DNA of 64,000 bases from Candidatus Villigracilis propinquus (GTDB lineage Bacteria > Chloroflexota > Anaerolineae > Anaerolineales > Villigracilaceae), in NCBI GenBank assembly GCA_016714565.1, contig JADKDM010000014.1, positions 77,385 to 141,384 of the forward strand, in the 5' to 3' direction. Numbering within the stretch: the first letter of the stretch is position 1; the number at the start of each line of letters is the position of its first letter. Position numbers and translations under genes: made by a program. Below the pieces are notes generated by a model. It did not search any database, was not told the DNA's origin, and was given only the letters and a program-made list of their open reading frames with translations. Positions 9,248 through 18,639 of the stretch are shown piece after piece.

Positions 9248-10116
9248 GCTTCTTACAGAAAAAACGCTGGCAAAGACGCCACCTCATGGAAGCCTTCATG
9301 AAATTTATCATGCGGGTTTCCCTGTTCATCGTGGCTGGTTCCCTCGGCTTGATCTTGTGGATCGTCGTCGTACGCGGACTGCCTGCGCTTTCGTGGGACA
9401 TGGTCACAAAGATTCCCGAAGGCGGATACTACATGGGCAAAGGCGGCGGCATTCTCAACGCCATCATCGGCTCGGCGTATCTGGCAAGCGGCGGCACATT
9501 ACTGGCAGTTCTCTTTAGCGTACCCATCGCGCTTTATCTCAAAACCTATTTGGGCGATTCCAAATGGGGACAGTATGTACGCCTCTCACTGGATGTGCTT
9601 TGGGGCATTCCGTCCATTGTGTATGGTGCCTTCGGTTTTGCCTTGATGATCACCCTCGGAATGCGTGCCTCGTTATTGGCAGGCATCATCATTTTGGCAT
9701 TCATTGAACTCCCCATCATGACCCGCGCCATGGACGAAGTCATCCGCCGTATGCCCGTTGACCTTGAACATGCCGCGCTCGCGCTTGGTTCCACAAAATT
9801 CGAAGTAGCCATGCGCGTGGTCACACGCCAGATGCTTCCCGGCATTACCACTGCCATTCTGCTGGGCTTTGGCCGCGGTATTGGCGATGCGGCTTCGGTG
9901 CTTTTTACAGCAGGCTACACCGACCGCATCCCCACCTCACTGATGCGCCCAACCGCATCCCTGCCCTTGGCCGTATTTTTTCAACTCGGTTCACCCTACC
10001 CCGAAGTGCAGCAGCGCGGATATGCCGCCGCGTTAATTCTCACGATCATCGTCCTTGCGGTCAGCCTCGGCTCGCGCTGGTTGTCTGCGAGATTAAACAG
10101 ATACACAATCAAATAA
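9244..10116 (+). CDS. pstA: Pst-type ABC permease PstA
   Basis: GGILNAIIGS, GIPSIVYG, GRGIGDAA. Confidence 0.92.
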   Translation: MSFLQKKRWQRRHLMEAFMKFIMRVSLFIVAGSLGLILWIVVVRGLPALSWDMVTKIPEGGYYMGKGGGILNAIIGSAYLASGGTLLAVLFSVPIALYLKTYLGDSKWGQYVRLSLDVLWGIPSIVYGAFGFALMITLGMRASLLAGIIILAFIELPIMTRAMDEVIRRMPVDLEHAALALGSTKFEVAMRVVTRQMLPGITTAILLGFGRGIGDAASVLFTAGYTDRIPTSLMRPTASLPLAVFFQLGSPYPEVQQRGYAAALILTIIVLAVSLGSRWLSARLNRYTIK

Positions 10117-10125
10117 TTGAACTTC

Positions 10126-10170
10126 ATTACGTATCACGGATGACGAATTTCGTAATGCGTAATCCGTAAG
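10126..10170. repeat. 7-mer tandem-unit hairpin between pstA and pstB
   Basis: ATTACGT ATCACGG ATGACGA facing TCGTAAT GCGTAAT CCGTAAG. Confidence 0.7.
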
Positions 10171-10178
10171 GATAAAAC

Positions 10179-10934
10179 ATGGAAACTCATATTCAAGTAA
10201 AAAATCTCAACGTCTATTACGGCAGGCAACAAGCCTTGAAAAGTATCAACATTGAAATTCCCAGAAACCAGATCACCGTCATCATGGGTCCTTCGGGCTG
10301 CGGCAAGACTACTTTACTAAAAACCTTTAATCGTTTCTTTGAATTGACCGAGGATACCAGTCTCACGGGGGAAGTGCTTGTGGATGGAAAGAACATCTAT
10401 GACAAGGATGTGGACGTAACCGAAGTCCGCAAGGTGGTGGGGCTGCTGGCGCAGCGCCCCTCGCCATTGCCCATGTCCATTTATGATAATGTAGCGTATG
10501 GCTTGCACATTCACAAAATGAAGAATGACCGCGCAGAATATAAAGCCGCAGTACAGCATTACCTCGAAATTGCAGGCTTGTGGGAGGAGGTGCAAAGCAG
10601 GCTGCAAGACCCCGCCACCAGCCTATCCATTGGACAACAGCAGCGCCTCTGCCTGGCCCGCGGGCTGGCCGTTGAACCGGAGATCATCCTGGGCGACGAA
10701 CCCACCTCTGCGCTGGATCCAATCTCCTCACAGAACATCGAAAGCCGTCTGCTTGATCTCAAAAAGCAATACACCACCGTCATCGTGACACATACTCTGC
10801 GACAGGCCAAACGCCTCGCGGATTATGTCATCTATATGTATCTCGGTGAAGTGATCGAAGCTGGCCCTGCCCACGAAGTATTTACCAACCCTCAGCACGA
10901 ACGAACAAAGCAATATCTGGAAGGGTTGTTCTAA
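10179..10934 (+). CDS. pstB: Pst-type ABC ATPase PstB
   Basis: GPSGCGKTT, LSIGQQQRLCLAR, DEPTSALDP. Confidence 0.93.
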   Translation: METHIQVKNLNVYYGRQQALKSINIEIPRNQITVIMGPSGCGKTTLLKTFNRFFELTEDTSLTGEVLVDGKNIYDKDVDVTEVRKVVGLLAQRPSPLPMSIYDNVAYGLHIHKMKNDRAEYKAAVQHYLEIAGLWEEVQSRLQDPATSLSIGQQQRLCLARGLAVEPEIILGDEPTSALDPISSQNIESRLLDLKKQYTTVIVTHTLRQAKRLADYVIYMYLGEVIEAGPAHEVFTNPQHERTKQYLEGLF

Positions 10935-11308
10935 ATTAGAGGCCAGAAGGTCTACTTCTGGATTCTGAATTCGGGCAGGGATAACAGCTTTGGATTTAAA
11001 CATTCTTTTGTTTATATTAGTTGGCTTCGTTACCCAAATGATCGACGGTGCCCAGGAGGAAAAAGCCGCAGCCGGGGATAATGCAGAAGGGCGCAATCAG
11101 GTTCGAGATTAAGAAAGAGGCGGGTAATAGGGCGTAATATTTCTCCAGTCCCGCAACGACTGGAGTCATAGTGGCGGCTGATCCATGCAGCGGCGCAATC
11201 AAAATCTCGATGACCCATTGGACAACGATCTGCTTGTTAGGTTTTCCTCTGTTTCAGCCATAATGCCCTTCATAACCATTATAATAATCAGACACTTTGG
11301 AAAAAATC

Positions 11309-12613
11309 ATGAAACTTACCCGTATTGTCATTCTATTTTTGATCGCGTTGGCATTCATTCAACCCGCATTTGCGCAAAGCGACGAACCGCTTGCCATTGT
11401 GATGACGGCGGACGGTGCGATCATGCCGCCGATGCTGGAGTATTTCAAACGCGGCATTGAAACCGCCGAGCAGCGCAACGCGGAAGTGCTCATCGTTCAG
11501 TTGAATACGCCCGGCGGAAATGTGGAGACGATGCTGGAGATCATTCAGGTGATCCGCGACAGCAAGGTTCCGGTGGTGGTATATGTTTCACCAAACGATG
11601 CGATCGCTGGCAGTGCGGGGGCGTTGATCACCATGGCGGGTCATGCTTCGGCAATGGCTCCCAGAACGGCGATCGGCGCGTCCAGCCCGATCGACTCGAG
11701 CGGCGCGGATGTTGAAACCACGCTGGAGAAAAAAATAAAAGAGATCCTCAAAGCGCGGGTGCGCGCACTGGTGGATGGCCGCGGCACCAAAGCGGTAAAG
11801 CTCGCGGAAGCCATGATCGACGATGCGAAAGCTGTTACAGCCAAAGAGGCGCTCGATGCAAGGCTGATCGATTTCATCTCCGATGACACAGAAGACCTGC
11901 TGCAATCATTGGACGGGTTCACCGTTCAAATGGAAGATAGCCGCCACACCTTCAACACGGAAAATATTCGCACAGAGAATCTGAATATCAGTTTTATTGA
12001 GCAGCTGCTGTTAATGCTTACTGATCCGAACATTGCCTTCCTTTTGCTGGCGATCGGTGTGCAGGCGGTGCTGATCGAGATCTCGTCACCGGGAGGATGG
12101 GTGGCGGGCTTCATCGGCGCGGTCTGCCTGACGCTGGCGGTGTACGGCATGGGCGTATTGTCAGTGAACTGGTTCGGCATCCTGTTCCTCGTCATCGCCT
12201 TCGTGTTATTCATTCTGGATATCAAAGCGCCCACGCATGGCGCGCTCACCACGGCGGGAGTGGCGTCTTTCATTGTTGGCGCGCTGGTGCTGTTCAATTC
12301 ACCGGGTACGCCGCAATTCCAGCGCGTGTCCGTTCCGCTTGTGATCGGCATGGGCATTTTCCTGGGTCTGCTGTTCTTCGCAGTTTTGCTGATCGCGTTG
12401 CGCGCGCAGCACAGGCCGATCCAGACGGGGAGTGAGTCGCTGCTTGGGAAAACAGGAACAGCCAAATCTTTCAGTGCAGAGGCGGGGCAGGTTCAGGTGG
12501 GCAGCGAATTGTGGAGCGCGGAAAAATCCGCCGAGTCCGAATCCATCGGTAAGGGCGATAAGATCGAAGTTGTCGAAATACGCGGATTGAGATTGATCGT
12601 TAAGAAAAAATAA
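11309..12613 (+). CDS. nfeD: NfeD (long form) membrane-bound ClpP-class serine protease
   Basis: Signal peptide, LNTPGG, AGSAGA, IGASSPI, TM bundle, C-terminal OB fold (GQVQVGSELWSA). Confidence 0.92.
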   Translation: MKLTRIVILFLIALAFIQPAFAQSDEPLAIVMTADGAIMPPMLEYFKRGIETAEQRNAEVLIVQLNTPGGNVETMLEIIQVIRDSKVPVVVYVSPNDAIAGSAGALITMAGHASAMAPRTAIGASSPIDSSGADVETTLEKKIKEILKARVRALVDGRGTKAVKLAEAMIDDAKAVTAKEALDARLIDFISDDTEDLLQSLDGFTVQMEDSRHTFNTENIRTENLNISFIEQLLLMLTDPNIAFLLLAIGVQAVLIEISSPGGWVAGFIGAVCLTLAVYGMGVLSVNWFGILFLVIAFVLFILDIKAPTHGALTTAGVASFIVGALVLFNSPGTPQFQRVSVPLVIGMGIFLGLLFFAVLLIALRAQHRPIQTGSESLLGKTGTAKSFSAEAGQVQVGSELWSAEKSAESESIGKGDKIEVVEIRGLRLIVKKK

Positions 12614-12619
12614 CCTTTC

Positions 12620-12704
12620 GTCATTGCGAGGGCGACAGCCCGAAGCAATCTCCAACTTGATAGGGAGATTGCTTCGTCGGAAAGAGCATCCTCCTCGCAA
12701 TGAC
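12620..12704. repeat. GTCATTGCGAG..CTCGCAATGAC palindromic repeat
   Basis: Terminal IR plus internal CGAAGCAATCTC/GAGATTGCTTCG. Confidence 0.85.
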
Positions 12705-12721
12705 GATTCAAAGAGGACCTT

Positions 12722-13672
12722 ATGCCTGCTACACCTACGAGAGACAGAGTCAAACCCGAAACAGAGTCACGCCCGCTGCGGCGGCCGGACTGGATCAAAG
12801 TCCGCGCGCCTGCGGGGGAGACCTTTGAAAAACTGCAAGTGCTGATGCGCTCGAAAGAGCTGCACACCGTGTGCGAAGAAGCCATGTGCCCGAACCTCGG
12901 CGAATGCTGGGGCAGCGGCACGGCAACATTCTTAATGCTCGGTGATGTTTGCACACGTACCTGCGCCTTCTGTGATATCAAACACGGCAAACCCGCGCTA
13001 TTGGATTGGAACGAAGCCGAGCGCGTGGCACAGGCTGTGAAATCGATGGACTTGAAACACGCGGTCATCACATCCGTCAACCGCGATGAACGCCGTGATG
13101 GCGGCGCGCCGATCTTTGCGATGGTCATTCGCCGCATCCGCGAGTTATTGCATGGCTGCTCCATCGAAGTATTGATCCCCGATTTCAAAGGCAGCATCGA
13201 AGCCTTGAAGATCGTGATGGATGCGCGCCCCGAGATTTTGAATCACAACGTGGAAACCGTTCCGCGTTTGTTCAAGACCGTGCAGCCGCAGGACAATTAC
13301 GAATGGGCGGCAGCGACCCTGTCCAATGCGAAGAAGCTCGACCCCGAAGTGTTGACCAAGAGCGGCATCATGCTCGGCCTCGGCGAAACCATGGACGAAG
13401 TAAAACAAGTGATGCGCGACCAACGCAGTTGGGGCGTGGACATCCTGACCATCGGCCAGTACTTGCAGCCGAGCAAGAAACACCTTGCCATGGAACGCTA
13501 TTACACAATGGAAGAATTCGCCGAGCTGAAAGCCTTCGGAATGGAGATCGGTTTCAAGTGGGTCGAGTCGAATCCACTGGTGAGGTCTTCGTATCACGCG
13601 GCGGAGCAGGTCCGCGCGCTGAGTGTGGTGCATCGCAAGTTATATGGCGAGACCCTGCCTGTAGTGAAATAA
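12722..13672 (+). CDS. lipA: Lipoyl synthase
   Basis: [20 protein letters not shown] radical SAM motif, VRSSYHA. Confidence 0.98.
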   Translation: MPATPTRDRVKPETESRPLRRPDWIKVRAPAGETFEKLQVLMRSKELHTVCEEAMCPNLGECWGSGTATFLMLGDVCTRTCAFCDIKHGKPALLDWNEAERVAQAVKSMDLKHAVITSVNRDERRDGGAPIFAMVIRRIRELLHGCSIEVLIPDFKGSIEALKIVMDARPEILNHNVETVPRLFKTVQPQDNYEWAAATLSNAKKLDPEVLTKSGIMLGLGETMDEVKQVMRDQRSWGVDILTIGQYLQPSKKHLAMERYYTMEEFAELKAFGMEIGFKWVESNPLVRSSYHAAEQVRALSVVHRKLYGETLPVVK

Positions 13673-13762
13673 AATTTAGTTGTATTAAAATCTCCCGCGA
13701 ATAGATATCTTTGGGAGATTTTTTATTTATTGAATATTCTTTAGAGAAGAGATGGTTGCAGC

Positions 13763-14557
13763 ATGACAACAGATAAACTCACACCAGAATTTGAGACGTT
13801 TCAAGGAGAATTGAAATCTTTTATCCTGCGAATGACTGCCAGTGTGCAGGATGCTGAGGATATTGTTCAAGAGACGTACATCAAGGCCCATGCAAAGCTG
13901 AACACCTTTCGAGGCGAATCATCCTTGAAAACATGGGTCTTTAGCATTGCGTCCAACCTTGCAAGGGATTTGTTGAGGGCAAAGAAAAGATGGCCTGAAA
14001 ATGTGACGGATATTTGCAGGGAGGAAGTGTTGGGCAATCGTCAATTTTTTCAGGAGGCCATGCAGATCAGACAGACGTCGCCGCAGGGGAATTTCGAGAT
14101 CAAGGAACATATCGCTTTTTGTTTTACCTGTGTTTCCAAATCGCTTCCGCTTGAAGAGCAGCTTGCCTTGCTTCTAAAAGAAGTGTATGGTTTCTCAGTG
14201 AAGGAAATTGCCAGCATCCTCAACCAGACAGAGGCAATGGTGAAATATTATCTGCATACAAGCCGCAGCAGGATGATCGAGGTTTTCGACCAGCGCTGTT
14301 CTCTGATCAACAAGCAGGGGATCTGTCACCAATGCACGGAGTTGAACGGCATCTTTAATCCCAAACAAAAGGCGCAGGAGGAATTGGTCAAGATCGAGAT
14401 GGCAAAAGATGCTGAAAACAAAACCAAAGAGGATTTGTTCGATTTGCGGATGAAGATTTTGCAGGAACTCGATCCTTTTGAATCTGGGGCGGCGGAATTG
14501 CAATTGCATCATTTGGAACATAACAGGCAGGTGATGGAAAAATATCTGGGGGAATAA
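13763..14557 (+). CDS. ECF sigma factor with a Cys-rich C-terminal extension
   Basis: DAEDIVQET, KTWVFSIASN, region 4 GFSVKEIA, then CSLINKQGICHQC. Confidence 0.9.
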   Translation: MTTDKLTPEFETFQGELKSFILRMTASVQDAEDIVQETYIKAHAKLNTFRGESSLKTWVFSIASNLARDLLRAKKRWPENVTDICREEVLGNRQFFQEAMQIRQTSPQGNFEIKEHIAFCFTCVSKSLPLEEQLALLLKEVYGFSVKEIASILNQTEAMVKYYLHTSRSRMIEVFDQRCSLINKQGICHQCTELNGIFNPKQKAQEELVKIEMAKDAENKTKEDLFDLRMKILQELDPFESGAAELQLHHLEHNRQVMEKYLGE

Positions 14558-14609
14558 AGCCTATCATTTTCAGTCTCCCGCTCGTCTAAATAAGAAAAGG
14601 AGTTTAGAA

Positions 14610-15074
14610 ATGAATCAGCAGACAAATCCAAAAGCAGTTACAGACAAGAGAATGTTCAGCCGGGAGACAACCGTCAGTGTGAATATTGAGGCGGACCCGT
14701 CCATTGTGTGGGCATTGCTGACTCACGCGTCCGATATCCCAAGATGGAATTCGACCGTGATTTCGGTGAAAGGCGAGATCAGAGAAGGCGGGACGATTGA
14801 ACTCAAGTCCACTCTGGATGAAAAGCGGACTTTCAAATTGAAAGTGAAGGAATTTGTGCCCGGAAAACGGCTCGTTTGGGGAGACAATATGGGCAGCCGT
14901 GTTTATACCCTTGATAAAAATGGAGGAGGTGTTCTCGTTACGATGTCCGAAAAGATCGGAGGTCCGCTTTTCCCGTTGTTTGCGAACATGATCCCGTCAT
15001 TTGATAAATCCTTTGAACAATTCGCGGCGGACCTAAAGAAAGAAGCGGAGACCATTCAAGGTTCAAAAAAATGA
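14610..15074 (+). CDS. SRPBCC (START-like) domain protein
   Basis: VNIEADPSIVWALL..PRWN, C-terminal helix FAADLKKEAE. Confidence 0.85.
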   Translation: MNQQTNPKAVTDKRMFSRETTVSVNIEADPSIVWALLTHASDIPRWNSTVISVKGEIREGGTIELKSTLDEKRTFKLKVKEFVPGKRLVWGDNMGSRVYTLDKNGGGVLVTMSEKIGGPLFPLFANMIPSFDKSFEQFAADLKKEAETIQGSKK

Positions 15075-15092
15075 TATGAAGGAGAATTGAAA

Positions 15093-15494
15093 ATGGAAAA
15101 GAGAACGAAAGACAACCCCTGGAAATTAAAGACACCTCCCCAAACATCGGAATATGAAATGTACGTGGATACAAAAGACGGGAAGGAAATTATCGTTTGC
15201 ACGGTCGGTACAACCGTATTGCATTATGACTATCGCTGTCTCGCGGACTTGCATGCCATGTTAAAAAAGCATGGCGATTGGATGGAACTGGGAAGCAAGG
15301 ACGAGAAACAGGAAACTGTCGAAGGCACTGTGGAGCATTGGGCGCGTTCGTCGAAAAATCCCATCGGCGGCTGGTATGGACTCAAGAAGGGTTTCAAGGG
15401 GCGCTTTGCGATGTATATTCCACCATTGATGGAAGTGCTGGGGCTTGCAGAGGTGGAACATAACGCGCGCAATAATCGGATGAGAGTAAAATAG
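15093..15494 (+). CDS. Conserved hypothetical protein (DUF6855-like)
   Basis: PWKLKTPP, GGWYGLKKGFKGRFAMYIPP, HNARNNRMR; SD AAGGAG. Confidence 0.75.
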   Translation: MEKRTKDNPWKLKTPPQTSEYEMYVDTKDGKEIIVCTVGTTVLHYDYRCLADLHAMLKKHGDWMELGSKDEKQETVEGTVEHWARSSKNPIGGWYGLKKGFKGRFAMYIPPLMEVLGLAEVEHNARNNRMRVK

Positions 15495-15508
15495 CCGCTA
15501 AGAAATCG

Positions 15509-15559
15509 TTGAGTGTGGTGCACCGCAAGTTGTATAGGGCTGAGGCAGTGGTGAAGTAA
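15509..15559 (+). pseudogene. Duplicated, diverged lipA 3' end
   Basis: Encodes [16 protein letters not shown]; the lipA end at 13619-13672 encodes [17 protein letters not shown]. Confidence 0.85.
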
Positions 15560-15621
15560 TCAACGAGCAGTAACCAGTGAATTCCTTCTGCTGTTTGGCG
15601 GGAGGGATTTTTGTTATCTAA

Positions 15622-15731
15622 CGTCAGTTCGGGTTAGTGGATGTTTTACCGCAGAGTCGCAGAGAACACAGAGAAAATCGTATTAAAACTCCGCGTACAC
15701 TGCGGTTCAAAAGGTATATCCCGAATTCAGG
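15622..15731. mobile_element. MITE (IS1595-like ends) with 8-bp target duplication
   Basis: TTATCTAA at 15614-15621 and 15732-15739; imperfect TIR CGTCAGTTCGGG / CCCGAATTCAGG; internal 9-mer hairpin. Confidence 0.7.
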
Positions 15732-15940
15732 TTATCTAAAGACTGGGTAGATGGCTACATGTTACTTTGCAAAAGCGACTGTCTGCTTTTTCCCCAACTT
15801 ATTTTTTGGCGGGATTGCAGGATTTTGGGATTTCCTGTATGCTTACGATAATGCAGTCCTTGAATTCGGATATTCTGAAGAGAACATGCATGTTATTCAT
15901 GAAGGTTCACTGGAGAAAGATGACTATCACCTGTGTACAT

Positions 15941-16087
15941 GAGAAAACGTTGGCATTGCACAAGAGTCTTAAGTCCACGCAGTACCCGCAGGGGACAGAT
16001 CGCCTCACGCGTGAGGTCGAGTCAGTGGATAAATCCATTGACAGGTCGGTTTACGGATTGTGTGGGTTGACGGAAGACGAAAAATGA
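15941..16087 (+). pseudogene. Remnant C-terminus of a type IIG/I restriction-modification protein
   Basis: EKTLALHKSLK..DRLTREVESVDKSIDRSVYGLCGLTEDE resembles the IDxLVYELYGLTEEEI terminus of Eco57I-like enzymes. Confidence 0.6.
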
Positions 16088-16409
16088 AAGCCTTCTCCCC
16101 CGTTCTTGAATTGATCTATGATATCGCCATGATCGTGCCTGGCTCGTATGGAGCCTACATCCTCTTTAGCGAATTCGTGGAGAGGGAACACATCTTTCCA
16201 TCAACCAGATTCTTTCAATTCTCCGAAAACGCTGATATGCCTTCCCTGCTTTGGCAATTGCGATCATACTTTTCTTCCATCACCTCTTCATTGGGCTGGG
16301 CAGTTAAAAAATGACAATTCCCGCACGAGGCGGATCATCTGAGTACGCGAGGGACAAGAGTCTCGCATGTACGCATAACCCGCTAAAACCCGAATAATGG
16401 AGAAGAACC

Positions 16410-16919
16410 ATGTCAAACAACCTGGAAACAGTCGCTACACTTTTTGACTACGCAATTCAACTTGAGAAAGCCGTTGAAACAATGTACAGGCAGTTGGGAA
16501 AACTATTTGCCCAGGACCATGACGTTGTAAAATTTTGGAACCATTTCGCCGACGAGGAGCGTGGACACGCCTCCTATTTGGAGCGTATCAGGAAAGGGGT
16601 GGATATTAAACGTTTGTCTGAACCAGCCGACGATAAGATGATACAAGATGTGCACATGTGCCTAAACGCATCATCGCCAAAAAGATTGGACGACATCCAG
16701 AATTTTGAAGACGCTTATCAATTGGCAGTCGAATTGGAGAATTCAGAGACCAATGCCATATTTGAATTTATGATCGAAAATTTCTCCGCCGATGAGTTGA
16801 CAAAATCACAGAAATTCCTGAAAATTCAATTGAGCAATCATCTTGACGGATTAATAAAAGAATTACCGAGTCGATATGGCAGCAGCATCGCCCGACAAAA
16901 TCTAACAGCAGTGAAGTAG
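16410..16919 (+). CDS. Ferritin-like/rubrerythrin family protein
   Basis: AIQLEKAVETMY, ADEERGH (EExxH), AVELEN. Confidence 0.78.
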   Translation: MSNNLETVATLFDYAIQLEKAVETMYRQLGKLFAQDHDVVKFWNHFADEERGHASYLERIRKGVDIKRLSEPADDKMIQDVHMCLNASSPKRLDDIQNFEDAYQLAVELENSETNAIFEFMIENFSADELTKSQKFLKIQLSNHLDGLIKELPSRYGSSIARQNLTAVK

Positions 16920-16938
16920 CATTAAGTTAGCGTTTTTT

Positions 16939-17096
16939 GGCTCTCCCGTTTTTAACGGGAAAACTATCGCCAACTAAAAAAATGCCGCGAATTTCGCTAA
17001 TACGCGCAAATTTTCAAACCAATTGGCGAAAATTCGCGTAATTGGCGGCAAAGGATTTGTTGTTTGAGATTCAATCCCGCCAGAAACGGGAGAGCC
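16939..17096. mobile_element. MITE (IS1595/ISPna2-like GGC ends) with 8-bp target duplication
   Basis: CGTTTTTT at 16931-16938 and 17097-17104; 22-bp TIR GGCTCTCCCGTTTTTAACGGGA vs GGCTCTCCCGTTTCTGGCGGGA (19/22). Confidence 0.85.
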
Positions 17097-17124
17097 CGTT
17101 TTTTCAAATAAGGGTATCTACCAT

Positions 17125-18585
17125 ATGAATACTAAAAAGCCTTACGAAACCCTTGACCCCGAAAACTGGGACGAGATGCGTGCGCTCGCACACCGCATGG
17201 TGGATGATGCGATCACCTATCTTCAAACCGTGCGCGAACGTCCCGTCTGGCAGCCGGTGCCGGATGAGGTGGCCGCAAAATTTAATGTACCGGCTCCGCA
17301 TGAGCCAATTGGCGCAGACGCAGCCTATAAGGAATTCTCCGAAACGATCCTGCCCTATCCGATGGGAAACATTCACCCGCGTTTTTGGGGATGGTACATG
17401 GGCGCAGGAACCGTCTTCGGTGCGCTGGCTGATTTCATGGCCGCGATCATGAATCCCAACCTTGGCGGGGGAAATCATGCCGCAAACCTGGTGGAAGATC
17501 AGGTGATCAACTGGATCAAAGAGATGCTCAACTTTCCAAAAGACTCCAGCGGGCTGCTGGTGGGCGGCGGGTCCATGGCGAATTTCGTGGGCATCGCGGT
17601 AGCGAGAAATGTCAAAGCGGGGTTCGATGTCCGGGCATTGGGCATGCAGGCGTCGCCGCAGAAAATGACCGTGTACACATCCAGTGAGGCGCATAGTTCC
17701 GTTCAAAAAGCGGTGGAGCTGCTTGGGCTAGGCAATGACAATCTGCGGAAAATTCCAGTGAAGGCTGATTACTCGATCAACCTTGATCTCTTGGAACAAC
17801 GCATGGCAGATGACCGCAAGGCAGGTCTGCATCCCATCTGCATTATTGGAACGGCGGGCACCACCAATACCGGCGCAATTGATGATCTGAACGCGCTTGC
17901 GGATCTATGCGAGCGTGAAAACCTTTGGTTCCATGTGGACGGCGCAATTGGGGCAGTGGCCATGTTGGGAGAACATATAAAACCAAAGCTCATCGGAATG
18001 GAACGGGCAGACTCCATTGGGCTGGATCTGCACAAGTGGATGCACATTCCCTTTGAGGCTGGCTGTGTCATTGTGCGCTCTAAAAAATCTCATCGCGGCA
18101 CGTTTTCACTTACCCCTGAATATCTGGCACACGAAACACGCGGACTGGCATCAGGCGACATATGGTTTAGTGAATATGGGCTGGAACTTTCACGTCAATT
18201 TCGCGCGCTCAAAGTGTGGATGTCGATTAAAGAACATGGACTCGATCGATTCGGGCGGATGATCGACCGCAACGTAGAGCAGGCACATTATTTTGGGGAA
18301 CTGGTTCGCCTCGAACCGACCCTTGAGCTGGTTGCCCCCATCGGCATGGACATCGTCTGCTTCCGCTTCAACCCCGGCGGGCTGAATGATGATGCGCTCA
18401 ACATACTCAACAAAGAGATCCTGATGCAGCTCCATGAAAAAGGAATTGCCGCGCCATCCTACACAACTTTGGATGGCAAGTATTGTCTGCGAATCGCAAT
18501 TGCCAACCACCGCAGCACACAGGATGATTTTGATCTGCTGGCAAGGGAAGTCGTTCGGCTCGGGAAAGAATTTACTGTGAAATAA
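17125..18585 (+). CDS. PLP-dependent group II (aromatic amino acid-type) decarboxylase
   Basis: [33 protein letters not shown] (PLP Lys). Confidence 0.92.
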   Translation: MNTKKPYETLDPENWDEMRALAHRMVDDAITYLQTVRERPVWQPVPDEVAAKFNVPAPHEPIGADAAYKEFSETILPYPMGNIHPRFWGWYMGAGTVFGALADFMAAIMNPNLGGGNHAANLVEDQVINWIKEMLNFPKDSSGLLVGGGSMANFVGIAVARNVKAGFDVRALGMQASPQKMTVYTSSEAHSSVQKAVELLGLGNDNLRKIPVKADYSINLDLLEQRMADDRKAGLHPICIIGTAGTTNTGAIDDLNALADLCERENLWFHVDGAIGAVAMLGEHIKPKLIGMERADSIGLDLHKWMHIPFEAGCVIVRSKKSHRGTFSLTPEYLAHETRGLASGDIWFSEYGLELSRQFRALKVWMSIKEHGLDRFGRMIDRNVEQAHYFGELVRLEPTLELVAPIGMDIVCFRFNPGGLNDDALNILNKEILMQLHEKGIAAPSYTTLDGKYCLRIAIANHRSTQDDFDLLAREVVRLGKEFTVK

Positions 18586-18639
18586 GAAAAAGAAATGTGA
18601 GAAGTAAAACAAAGACTCCCTGTTGTACCTCTTGCAAAA

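Noticed and set aside
10940-11280. ncRNA or small gene between pstB and nfeD
   Set aside because: Only one short hairpin (CTCCAGTC/GACTGGAG) and fragmentary hydrophobic minus-strand ORFs; no recognisable RNA family.
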